Position numbers and translations under genes: made by a program. A stretch of 64,000 nt of DNA from positions 248,001-312,000 of the forward strand of contig NW_026933200.1 in the NCBI RefSeq assembly GCF_032062105.1. The letters run 5' to 3'. Source of the stretch: Saccostrea cucullata. Its lineage: Eukaryota. This document shows positions 22,617 to 35,600 of the stretch, in pieces. How positions within the stretch are numbered: position 1 is the stretch's first letter; each line of letters starts with the position of its first letter. Under the pieces are notes generated by a model. It was not told the origin of the DNA. It was given only the letters and a program-made list of their open reading frames with translations, and made no database searches.

Positions 22617-25600
22617 AAATTTTCTCAAGTTTGGTTAAACGAACATAAGGCCCTGGTTGACTACACTGACGTCGCAATTGCACCTTCCAAAGATTTCTAT
22701 CATGTTTTTGTAACTCCAGAACAGGTGATTTATGCTCACTCCCCATGATTTATAATGCACACAACTGTTTTACGTATGCAAGATGCAACTTGAAAGTAAA
22801 CAACGAACTTTTGAAGGTTAAGGTCAAATGCTCTTTGACGCAGTTTCTTTAATCACAATATTTTGACATTGTTCATTTTTAGCACACCTAAGTCACTCAG
22901 GTGGCATATTGCAATCTGTTTTCGCCCGCCGTGTGTCGATCATGATTAAACTTTTGAACATTTCAGCTTATTATTTCTTTCTGGATCTTCCGAACCAATT
23001 TCAGCAAAATTGACTTGAGTATATAGGGCATCTTTGGGTGGAGTGGAACAAAAAAATTGAATTTCATGCTCCCCTCCCTGGGGCCTAAGGGGTGGGGTCA
23101 AACACATTAAAATTAATGTATTTTTTTTAAGTCGACAGTCGACTGCTAGGCTACTCCTGGACATACTGCAGTCAAACTGTTGTCATAATGATAATATACA
23201 TTGAGACTTTATCTTAATTGTAAAATTCATGGCCTCAGGGTCATGGATTCTGGACTTTAGGGAGGGCTCTTTGATTAAACAGGGTTACGTTGCTTATATT
23301 CATCATTTCATATATTCTTTAAAAAGTTTCTTCACCCTCTAAAAAGAAACTGATTGTATGGTTACAATGTATGATGAGCAATTGTGCCTCTTCTAAATGA
23401 TTTGAATATCACGGCCCCTGGATCAGGAGTTCTGGTATAAGGGGAGAGGGGCTCTATTGATTATATGTGAAAATGCATCACTTCTTTGAAAATCTTTTTC
23501 CCCCAAAAATACATAACTTTGATTGTATAATTTACATTTCTTACTTCAGTTCATATTCCGAGTTTGGAAAATTGTGCCTCCCACAAGAGCAGACTCCCAC
23601 ATTCCTCCTTATGAATTTAAGAACACTTATGAAGAATTCAAACATGATGATAGATGTCATAGTAAGTTGGAAAATTATGCATTAAAATTAGATAATTTAT
23701 TAGTTAAATTGTAAAAAAAAAAACAAAAAAAAAAAAACACAGTCTCACAAATGGAGGGAGCATGCCAGTGGCTAGACTGTAATGCCATGGAATGACTTTG
23801 AAGAACATGTTTAAAGAAAGAGACACACACAAAACTTCTATAACACACAAGGATAATTAAATACTCCAGATTTACTTATATTACAGAAATTGTAGCCTAG
23901 CATTTGGTATGAAACATCTGAGCACATGCATCTCTTTGGATGAACTGCTTAATTACATTCCATTAGAGAAATTGACTTTTTTTTTTTAAATATACATCCA
24001 TATAATATTTTAAAGAATAGAAATTTTAACTAGTCTATGAAATAATCATAATTTTGAGAACATTAATATATATATATATTGCTAGTGCATTTAACTATAG
24101 AGAACATTTTGCCTGAAGAATACACTGTGTTGGACAATGTTAATTGATGCTGATAATGTTAATGATACTACAGTGTACTCACTGTACATGTACTTTCAAT
24201 ACCTAAATAATATTTTCAGGTGAAATAGTCAGATTAGCTGGGGAACCAGTATTAGACTATTTACTTGGTGTAAGGGATGGGAAATTGGACTACATTTGCC
24301 GTATTCCAAGGGAAGCACAAATCCGGATTATCCTAAACTTGGATCTGGAAGATATTCAGAGATTGGGAAGAACTTGTAAAATGTTCAGAGAGGTGAGTCA
24401 AACTTTAATGTATAATCACTGTAGAAGTATACATTTTATTTTTTCAATATATTTAGAGGAGGGGAATAATGTAATAATTTTTCATTTTAGGATGATTTTA
24501 CCCCTACTTTGGACTTTCAGTAGGGCGTGACTTTCTCGGCGCTACGTAATGGCAAATACTGGTAGATTCTCATTGGTTACGAAATTAATAACATCAGGAA
24601 ATTAAAATTGTTGTTGATAACGATGAGACGACTTATGTCCCACCTCTGTATCGTGAGAAAACTTTTAATTGGCTATTCACTACACCAGTTGACATTCGGC
24701 CGCATTTATATCATATGTATATTTCAACAGTGAAAGAAAGCTGTGTAAATTTCAGAAGCTAATTAGGCAACGTCGAGAATGCCACGCCTTACTGAAAGTC
24801 CAGACTAAGCATGTAATTCTTCTAATCAACCTTTGAGCTCAGAAAGCTAATGCAATGATGGCTACATGTAATTGTGATGTATTACAGTATATGTTATGAC
24901 TGCCAGTAAAACTGTTAATAATACGGGTCTTATTCCCTTAGAAAATATTCATTCATAGGGAGTTGGCTAAAATATAATATGTCATCTTCTCTAGCCAAGG
25001 GTTTCTGATACGCTACTGACTCCTCATAAACCCTTGGCCTACGGTGTTCATAGAAATCAGGATTTTTTTCCAGAGTTCTGATTGGATTTCAGTACACCCA
25101 GGTCGACCAATCAGCAATTGTTTATTGTAAATGACGATATTTGCGTTCGGGATACATCTTCACTCTTTAATCTCAGAAATGAAAAACGCAAGAAAACAAC
25201 GATCCGTAAGATAACATTAATTCTATGAATAGCCATGGTGTCATCCAATATCCTTCTAAATATGTGATTAAGAATCTATATTGAAGCTTCAGATTTATGC
25301 TATAAATAATGAATAAACATAACTCAATTATTGCTTCATAATTATTCTTGAAAAAACTTTGATTTAACTTTTTTTAACACGTGTCTTTATTTCTGGCGAT
25401 GACGCAATCTGTGCGTACCTGTTAGATTCGAGATCACGTGACGGAAAACAATCCCGTCTTTTGACTTCACCGTATGCCAAGAGTTTATGAGGAGAGTAGC
25501 GTATCAGAAACCCTTGGCTAGCGAAGATGATAATATGTAGACTATTCATTTTCTCACCTAAACTCTTGGAATTCATTTATTTTTTTAAAAAAGTGGAATT

Positions 25601-26802
25601 TTACAAGGGTTTAATTGATTCTGTAATTTTTGTGGTCGTATATTGCTAGTCATTTCATTTTGTTCTCAAATATTAAGGAAAATGAAATAATTCACCCTTT
25701 TTATTAATGCAATTTAAAGTCAAAAAGAAAAGTGACTAAATATCTTTGATTTAATTGTTTTTATTGTGACTTTTAGATCTGTAATTGTTTTTATTGTGAC
25801 TTGTAGATCTGTAATTCATGTGACCTGTGGGAGAGGATTTATCGTCGATATAGTGAGACGCCTATTACACCAGAACTGGAGATGTTGGCTGCAGAGAGAG
25901 GCTGGAGACGTTTATTCTTCACCAACAAACTACAGCTTCAGGTAAAGGCTGAGATCTTAACTCAAGTTAAAAACTTAACACATTGTGGTAAACACCAAAG
26001 TAGTCCACACTTAGATTTACTTGGTTTCATAAACAAATATTTCATTAAACTTTTAAAAGTAGTATCATTCAACTGTGTCAACACATTTTTTGATCATCTT
26101 CCTCTATGCAAATTTAAGAAGTGAAACTTCTGAAAAACTATTGGTAACTGATATTGCTCATTTGAAATATATTGCCAAAAAATATGATTATTATACATGT
26201 AAGATACTAAAATTAAAAAAAAAATACTGTAGACGTACTACCGGTATTTTCCATGGGGTTGTAATTCCTCGAAATCTCTATTTATCCTGAATCCGCCGGT
26301 GGAAAATTATGCGGATTTCTTAGACTCTCACTATATTCCTTACAAGTATATTTTGAGTACGATGGGACAAATTTCCGCAGAAAATTTCTGACCGCGTATA
26401 TAGCGTAAATTAATACCAAGCGGAAAAAAATACTTCTACAGTATATAAAACTGATGAATACGAATGAACCACTTAAAATTCTGTATTAAGTATTTTATTA
26501 TAATTTTCCATGAAAAAAAGCAAAGATGAACCTTTAAATGTATTGTCTCTCAAATTTGAGAAAAGTTATTAATCATAAATGGAATTTAGCAGTCATATTT
26601 ATCGTAAACTTTAAGTCTTCATGACTTTTGATTTATTGACCCTTCATAAAATACTTAAGTGTTCTTAAAAAAGTGTGTTTTGATTTTAATGGCTTTAAAA
26701 TGATTTTCTCTTTTGTCTTGTGAAATTTTACAGATGCAGCTTAGGAGACTTAAGAAACATGAAGGTGGCCACGCCTTTGTCACCGAGATGGAGACAGCAT
26801 AA
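22611..26802 (+). CDS. FBXO36: F-box only protein 36 (200 aa, five exons)
   Basis: Exons 22611-22724, 23550-23661, 24220-24392, 25807-25941 and 26734-26802 total 603 nt in frame. Motifs APSKDFYHV, IFRVWKI, F-box LDYICRIP…IILNLDLEDIQRLGRTCKMFREICNSCDLW and GWRRLFFTNKLQLQ. Confidence 0.92.
22877..23505 (+). mobile_element. Decayed HINE/Helentron-type non-autonomous element in FBXO36 intron 1
   Basis: Starts ttttagcacacctaagtcactcaggtggcatattgc, a degenerate match to the reverse complement of the element end at 49057-49091; contains satellite-like monomers. Confidence 0.6.
24505..24807. mobile_element. MITE with ~45-bp TIRs
   Basis: tggactttcagtagggcgtgactttctcg … cgagaatgccacgccttactgaaagtcca; no clear TSD. 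Confidence 0.7.
24983..25529. mobile_element. Non-autonomous DNA transposon with ~60-bp TIRs and a perfect 9-bp TSD
   Basis: ataatatgt|catcttctctagccaagggtttctgatacgctact … agtagcgtatcagaaacccttggctagcgaagatg|ataatatgt. A 9-bp TSD fits MULE or AcademH. Confidence 0.88.
26227..26441. mobile_element. TA-TSD MITE (CTGTAG termini)
   Basis: TA|ctgtagacgta … tacttctacag|TA. Confidence 0.65.
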
Positions 26803-28392
26803 TTAGCATTCCCCTGAAGCTCAAGGAAATCTGCTCACCGTCCAGCATCTATTGTGATAATCTCTATACAATCAAACCAGTTCTAACTTCTGGTTAACTT
26901 ATACGTGTATTTTATTAAGGGGTAATTTACATGTTTTATTCAAAAATGCCAATCCATTCCAGATTTCCTGAATGCTAATATTGACTTTGTAGTGTTTTTT
27001 TCTAATTCATTTATTATTTAATTATAATTTTTTTTTCAATCAAAGCTTGCCATAACTCAAAATTTATATTTGTTTACTGACTTATGTGAAAGGACTTATT
27101 CCAGTACTAAGGCTTTTAATTTTGTTTTTGAATATGAAGTCCTAAAAAAAATATTGGGTTGTGAGCAAAAATTATGTGCATTTATTCTTCGTATATATCA
27201 CATTTGTTTGCATATTGTGCCCTGCACTTTAATTGTATATCTGCATGTTGTTTTCCTTATGATAATTGCCAACTTTATACTGCTTACAATAAGTGTCTTA
27301 TATTGCCTCAGATTTATAAATTAATTTAGACATTATATTCCCTCCCTGTCTGTTGTTTACTTATTTAAAATTTTATGTTTAGAAAAATAAGTGCCACTTT
27401 TTGTTTTAAGTATAAATCTGCATTCAGTAATACTTTGCATAATTATTATTTATTTGCCTTAATGTAAAATCCATATTGTTGAATATTATGATTACTCTCT
27501 ATGGAATTCTTTTAATTTTGTGATTTACTTTGATGTGCCTTCAAGATTTGGACAGTTAAATTATATTTACTTTTTATATGCTCAATGACCTAGTGCCATA
27601 AGTTTTAGTTTTCGGAATGGACTAAGAGAATATTAAATTATACATTTTTCCTGAAACTTACTATTTGTGAAGATTTATTCAGCATAAATAGTTCTTCCAA
27701 GGAACTCAGCTTTAGATAGGCATTGCAGTATGATTTGAAATTCCTAATATTTGTGTATAAATAAGCTCTCTGAGAATATTTATAACTTGACTTTATAAAT
27801 TAAACAGATTATTAACAATGAATGAAATAAAATTTCAGGTACTTTTATATCTCAGATCAGTGTTGAGAATGTTTGAAATTTTTGAACTTATATATTAGAT
27901 AGCCAAACTTATCATTTTCATTAAAAGATGTGTTGAAATCAAGATGTTCAGACAAACTTTGTTGTTTAGTAATATACAGTTTTGTCAATATCTAAAACTG
28001 CACATTTTCTTTGCAGTTTAGAAGAAATTAATTATTATTTGGAAATTTAATGGTAAACATGTGGAACATGATGATAAAATGTTAGAAAGTTACATAATAT
28101 GATGTACATGAATGTGTTGATGAAATCATATTGTAGTTGATATTAGTTATCAAATAAAAAAATAAAATACACCAAATCTTATTCCTTTTTCCAAAAGTAA
28201 TGTTTTACTATTTCATTGGGGATGTTTACGAAATATTTTAAGTATGACTTGACAATGGACATTGCATTTTTCGGAATCTTTCTAGGGTTTATGATAGAGA
28301 GAAGGAAGAAATTAGAGGCATTCCGCTGACATATGACGGCGACCATCCGAATTTTCAGGAAAAACGAAACAGAACTTTTTAACCCCCCAAAA

Positions 28393-31300
28393 ATGGAATC
28401 GATTTTAAACGAAGTAGTTGATTCAGCAGATCTTAAGGTTTGTAACAAGTAGTGATGGTGTTTAAAGGGTAAAAGTTTAAAAAGGAAGTTAAACGCATCA
28501 AGAAATCCAAATTTTCTCAAGACCCAAATAAGCTACTTGTATACGTCGATATACAAAAACGCTGAATGAGTCATTTTGTATAAACTACAAGTAGCCTCTT
28601 GTCCTCAGTAATACATTTGATATCGGTACAACTACTTCTAGCATTTATATTTATCCACGATAAATGCAGGGACCTATACTGAGGTAGCTTTATTTAGCTA
28701 CCAAATCAATTTGTTTATATATAAAAACATTTTTCTCAGGATGTGCAGAAAATCTCAATTTGATGCAGTGATCATTTTCAACTTTTAACTCACCTGAAAA
28801 CAATTCATGTAAAAATCACTCTTGAAGAATAGTCCTGCAATATTTCTCTTTGACAGTCATTACACATGACAAAGAACAGCGTTAACAATATATTAATTAT
28901 TCAGCACAATGTGAAGAAACACAGTATGCCTTGCATACAAGAGAGAGGACAGTTAACCAAACAATGGAATAACATGTTTTGCTGCAAATTGTCCAAATGC
29001 AGCAATGTATAAACTGTCTCTGCTTTATATAGTATAAATATTATGTCATTTAATTGTATTTTTTGTGAAAAGTGAAAAGTTTCATTGAAATAGAATCACT
29101 ATATTAAAGCAGTGATGCCTATGTAGAAACATTTTGGGTAATACTTGGTATAAAATAACCTGCAGCCTAATATTTCTCACACTTACACCACATATATATG
29201 ATATAGAAACATTTGTATGTTGACACTGCTTGCAGCACTGAAATAGTGTTTTATCTATATAAAATATCTAGTATGTGCAGTGATGCCAGAGAAACATTTT
29301 GGGTAAATATGGTAAAATAACCTGCAGTTTCTCACATTTCCCACAAATATGATATAGATTAGAGTACAATACTTAACATGCTTAAAGGCAATGACAGAGC
29401 TAACAGAAAATTACCATCTGTCCTATTCGGCAGCACAGGGTCTTGAAACAATCTTAGCAAAATTTGGCACATAATATTAATATAATCTATTATACTGTAT
29501 ACCCGATTTCGCTGAGATTGTCTCAAGACCCTGTGATCAGCAGCACAGAGATTGAGAGTGAGGATCTGTCCACATCACAGCAGGTGTGTGACAAGTGCAC
29601 CACTCTGGTCACAATAAGAAAAAGAGCATATAACAGAAATTTGGTTACATAACCATATATTGACCTAGACTGAAGTCCATAATAGCTGTATTATTTAATC
29701 ACTCAATGTGACACTGTTCTAACTGTACAGCCTTGGTTCTCATGAGAACCAAGGTGTGTGACAAGTGCAATATACTCTGGATACAATAAGAAAAAGAGCA
29801 TAAGCTAATAAAGAAAATCACTTAAATTAGAGCATATAAGACATAAAGAAAATCACTTAAATTAGATTACTTTCCCTTTTTTTAGAGTCAATATCACTTG
29901 ACATGGTTGGTTACATAACCATATATTGACCGAATGAAGTCCATAATAGTTGTATTATTTAATCACTCAATGTGACACTGTTCTAACTGTACAGCCTTGG
30001 TTCTCATTACAACACAATGATAAAAATGTTTCCTATATTTTGAATTGACATCACATTAACTATCTTTGGTGCAGCTGAACGGGTAGTGGTATCATATTCA
30101 CCAACACACTTTCAATATCACAAAAAGATGAATATTATTATATCATGTTAAGCCAATGAAAATTGTAAAAAATTATATGAATGATATAAAAAATTAACTT
30201 GCATCTTTGAAAATCTTAAATATTACGATACACAGTAATAATTTTTTGTTTAACAATACAGTACAATTTTAATTTTTATGTATCGGTATACTTGTTTGTT
30301 CGTATATCTTTATAGCCCAGAGAATTACTAGAAATATTATACCTCACTTATGACTGTAGTACAATTGCAGGAAACAAACTAATAGACTTCCGTTCTTTTC
30401 TTATCCTAGAAATTTGAGTTGATGTATAATGACCAGCTTCGTCGAGGACAAGTGAGTGAGAAGGCTCAGTTTGAGTATGCCTGGTGTTTAGTAAGAAGTA
30501 AATACATAGACGACATGAAGACAGGAGTGGGACTGCTAGAAGGTAGAGAGGGGAGGTTTCAAAAGCATTAAAAAAGTAATATTTACACATTGGTGGAGCC
30601 AACTGTAACTGCTAATTTATACTTTATACTAAAGATTGTTATGGAAATCATTATATTGTGAATTGCCCTACTTATAATTCTGTATGGAGTGATTTATTTT
30701 ACATTTTAGATTTATTCAGGAAAGCAACAGATGACAATTCCCGTAGGGATTACTTATATTATATGTCAGTGGGATACACCAGGATAAAGGTAAAATTATG
30801 TAAAGATCAGTTATATTACATGTCAGTTGGATACACAAGAATAAAGAAAGGTATAATTTATTTTTTATGATATTATTCACGCCGGCATATTTCATGAAGC
30901 TAACGCGCTTCATGATAAATATGCCGGCGTGAAGCGTTGTAGTTCATACACCTCATGAATCTTCAAAAAATTAAATTCATTTCTTATATTTACATTATTT
31001 TTCTGATGACTTGCCATATATTAAGGCGGTTCAACTGTCATTTTTTAAACAAAACAGTGTGCACTATATTCTTTGAACTCAAGAGCGGTATTATGATCAT
31101 GCTTATGATTACCTAATGTAGTTCATGAGAAAATATACTGCATTTTATTTTGTAAAGAATCATAGGGAAATTTATTGGAAATGTAAATATTGATATTTGT
31201 ACCTTAAATTTATTTTACATCAACAAATTACAATATAATATAATAATAATTTTGTAATTCACTAGTTGTTTTAGAATGAAGCAAATCTCATTATCTTCCC

Positions 31301-32182
31301 TACAGGAATACCCCCAGGCTCTGAAATATGTCAAGGCCTTACAAAAAATAGAACCAGGGAATCACCAAGCTTTAGAATTACAGAAATATATTGAAAAGAA
31401 AATGACCAAAGGTGAGATTTCTAAATAAAAAATATGGTAACACAGTTGAACTTCATTATCTGAAAATCTGAATTTTCAATTCCATGGAAATCACTAAGTG
31501 ATTTTGGGTCCCAACAACTCTATGTATTACAATCCCAATATCTCAAATCATCGGAGATCTTAAGAATTTTTCCTTGGTCCCATCTGGTCTGTGATAATGA
31601 AGTTTGACTGTATATTCAGATTAAGAGAAGATTTTTAACTTTTGGATCATTGGACTTTTAGGAAGAGGGCTGACTTTTACAGTTGATGGCTTACTTTTAC
31701 ACTAGGACAATGTATGGAAGCTCTTTTATGATATCAGTATTTAGGTCAATATTTAATTCAACAAAAATAATGGGTTATCGCAATGCACATATAAGTTGTC
31801 TTTAGAGAAAACAACAACCACTCTACCCCCACTCCTGGTCTTCACATGTAAGTGCCAATAAAACCATACCTATGACCACTAGAAAGGTTTGCTTATCTAT
31901 TATCAATTCTGTACCTCCGTATATGGAACAGGTTTAAATGTCCAAGTAAGCTGTCACCTGTAAAAGTCAGCGTTCCTCGTAAATGTCCATTAGTGACTTG
32001 AAGGACTTCTAAGCTTGTGAAATTCATTGCCCAAGAAATGTGGCACATAAAGTGTATTGCAGTAAGATATAAAATCTCCTTTGTATTTTACAGAGGGAAT
32101 CCTTGGTATGGCTATTGTAGGCGGAGCTGCTCTGGCGATAGGGGGATTGGTGAGCCTCGGTATAGCTCTCTCTAAAAAGTAA
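28393..32182 (+). CDS. FIS1: Mitochondrial fission 1 protein (150 aa, five exons)
   Basis: Exons 28393-28437, 30410-30542, 30710-30789, 31306-31411 and 32094-32182 total 453 nt in frame. MESILNEVV, QFEYAWCLVRSKY, RDYLYYMSVG, EPGNHQALEL and C-terminal TM GILGMAIVGGAALAIGGLVSLGIALSKK. Confidence 0.96.
29434..29535. mobile_element. Short hairpin-like MITE
   Basis: cacagggtcttgaaacaatcttagcaaaat … atttcgctgagattgtctcaagaccctgtg; imperfect 8-bp flanks ttcggcag/atcagcag. Confidence 0.6.
30841..31190. mobile_element. Hairpin-headed non-autonomous element in FIS1 intron 3
   Basis: GC-rich hairpin at 30876-30933, an outer imperfect IR (30841-30866 / ~30965-30987), and an 11-bp IR atatttacatt (30986-30996) / aatgtaaatat (31180-31190). 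Confidence 0.65.
31443..31610. mobile_element. pogo/Tigger-like MITE
   Basis: cagttgaacttcattatc … gataatgaagtttgactg|TA; family of 5706-5842. Confidence 0.65.
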
Positions 32183-32692
32183 ACAGGTTTTATATGGACC
32201 AATTCTGTGTTTTTACAAACCCTTTTCTTTATAAGGACAAGTGCTACAGTTCTTAGAGATCTATGAAGTGTATTCATATGAGTGATATCCGTATGTGGTG
32301 GAACTTGAGGGAAACGGTTGACCAAATGGTTATGTTCTGTTTATCTTGATATATGAAGTTTTTAATTTATGCCATATTATATTTGTTTATTTACATAATG
32401 ATACAGAAATTGTTTGAAAATGTACCATGTATTTACATTGATCATGAGATTAGTTGATTAAAATTGCTTTTTGTATTGACGTGCAATTTTCATTGCTTTG
32501 ATGGCAGGGAGGTTCATGATAGTTCCTGGAGTTCTTACAGTGTTGGTGGCACAGAAACTGGTCAATGGACAACAAACAAAACATAATCACATTCATACAG
32601 ATTTTATTTATCAGATACTTCCATATAAAGTTGGTGATGTTATAGAGGAAAAACAAGGCCTTATGTTGGTTGACCCTAGCTCAACCCCATGG

Positions 32693-35600
32693 TAATGTCC
32701 TCACACATAGAATATAAGATCAAGTGAAGTCACAGAGTGTAATAGACATTTCAAATGTCCTCACACAGAGTGTAATAGACATATTAAAATATCCTCACAC
32801 AGAGTATAATAAACACACTGAAATGTCCTCACACAGAGTGTAATAGAAACATTAAAATGTCCTCACACAGAGTGTAATAGACACATTGAAATGTCCTCAC
32901 ACAAAGTGTAATAGACACACTGAAATGTCCTCACACAGAGTGTAATCAACACATTGAAATGTCCTCATACAGAGTGTAACAGACAATTGAAATGTCCTCA
33001 TACATAGTGTAATAGACACATTGAAATGTCCTCACACAGAGTGTAACAGACACATTGAAATGTCCTCATACAGAGTGTAATAGACACATTAAAATGTCCT
33101 CACACAGACTGTAATAAACACATTGAAATAATAATAGAGTAATAGACTCATTGAAATGCCCTTACACAGAGTGTAATAGACACACTGAAATGTCCTCTTA
33201 TAGATTGAATAGACACTGAAATGTCGTCTTAGAGAGTGTAATAGACACATTGAAATGTCTTCACACAGACTGTAATAAACACATTGAAATGTCCTCACAC
33301 AGAGTGTAAAACACATTGAAAAGCCCCCACAAAAAGTGTAATAGACATACTGAAATATCCTCTTAGAGAGTGTAATAGACTCATTAAAATGACCTTACAC
33401 AGAGTGTAATAGACGCATTGAAATGTTCTCACACAGAGTGTAACAGACACATTAAAATGTCCTCACAAAGATTGTGACAGACACATTGAAATATCCTCAC
33501 ACAGAGTTTAATAGACTCATTGAAATGTCCTCTTAAAGAGTGTATTAGACACACTTCAATGTCCTCAAACAGAGTGTAATATTCACATTTAAATGCCGTT
33601 TTAAAGAGTATTAGACACACTGAAATGTCCTCATACCGAGTATAATAGTCACATTGAAATGTCCTTACACAGAGAGTATTAAACACATTGAAATGCCATC
33701 ACAAAAAGTGTTATAGACACTCTGAAATGTCCTCACACAGAGTGTAACAGACACATTGAAATGTCCTCACACAGAGTGTAATATACACACTGAAATGTCC
33801 TCACGCAGAGTGTAATAGACACATTGAAATTTCCTCACACAGTAAAAGTGTAACAGACACATTAAAATGTATTCACACAGAGTGTTATAAATATATTGAA
33901 ATGTCCTTACACAGAGTGTAATAGACATAATGAATGCCATCACATAGAGTGTTATAGACACTCTGAAATATCCTCTTACACAGTGTATTAGACACACTGA
34001 AATATCCTCACACAGAATATAATAGACACATTGAAATGTCCTCACACAGAGTGAAAAAGACATATTGAAATGTCCTCAAACAAAGTCTAACAGACACACT
34101 AAAATGTCTTCATACAGAGTGTAATAGACACATTGAAATGTCCTCACACAGAGTGAAATAGACACATTGAAATGTCCTCACACAGAGTGTAATAGAAAAC
34201 TGAAATGTCATCTTACAGAGTATAATAGACACATTGAAATGTCCTCCAACAGTGTATAATAAACACATTGAAATGTCCTCACACAGAGTGTAACAGACAC
34301 ATTGAAAGGTCCTCTTACAGATTATAATAGACACATTAAAGCATCCTCACACAGAGTGAAATAGACACATTGAAATGTCTTCACACAGAGTCTAGTAGTC
34401 ACATTGAAATGTCCTCACATAGACTGTAACAGACACACTGAAATATCTGTCCTCACACAGAGTGTAAAAAAACATATTGAAATGTTCTCACACGGAGTAT
34501 AATACACACTGAAATGTCCTCTTACAGAGCGTATTGGACACATTGAAATGTCCTCACACAGTGTGTTATAAACATTTTGAAAGGTCTTTGAATGACACAT
34601 TGACACATTGAATGCCATCACATAGAGTGTTATAGACACTCTGAAATGTCCTCACAAAGACTGTAATAGACACACTGAAATGTCCTCTTACAGAGTGTAA
34701 TACACACACTGAAATTTAATTCCTCACACAGAGTGTAATAAACACACATAGACTGATTGAAATGCCCTCATACAGAATTTAACAGACACATTGAATTCCA
34801 TCACGTAGAGTGTTATAGACACTCTGAAATATCCTCACACAGAGTGCAATAGACACCTTGAAATGTCCTCACACAGAATGTAATAGACACACTAAAATGC
34901 ACTCACACAGGATGTAATAGACACACTTAAATATCCTCACACTATAATACTGTAAATCACTTTTTACAGAGTGTAATTACGCAGATCGCGAAAATTCCAT
35001 TCTCGCGTATAATAGAATTCCTTAAGATTATATAGAGCAACGACCACAATTCGTGGAATTTGGTCACGCGAATTAAGGGTCAATGACTATCTCGCAAAAA
35101 TAAGAAGTCGCGAAAATTAAGTGATCTACAGTAGACACACTGAAATATCCTCGTACAGAGTGTAACAGACACATTGAAATGTCCTCATACAGAGTGTAAC
35201 AGACACATTGAAATGTCCTCAAACAGAGTGTAATAGACACACTAAAATGCACTCACACAACGTGTAATAGACACATTGAAATGTACTCACACAGAGTATA
35301 ATAGAAAAACTGAAATATACTCTCACAGAGAGTGTAACAGACACCTTGAAATAACCTCACACAGAGTGTAATAGACACATTGAAATGTCTTCACACAGAG
35401 TAAAATAGACACATTGAAATGTCCTCAAACAGAGTGTAATAGACACATTGAAATGTCCTCACACAGAGTATAATAAACACATTAAAATGTCCTGAAACAG
35501 AGTATAATAGACACATTAAAATGTCCTCACACAGAGTATAATAGACACATTAAAATGTCCTGAAACAGAGTATAATAGACACATTAAAATGTCCTCACAC

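Noticed and set aside
28179-28520. 113-aa minus-strand ORF over FIS1 exon 1, and similar antisense ORFs over other exons
   Set aside because: No recognisable domain; these are shadow frames of real exons or AT-rich noise.
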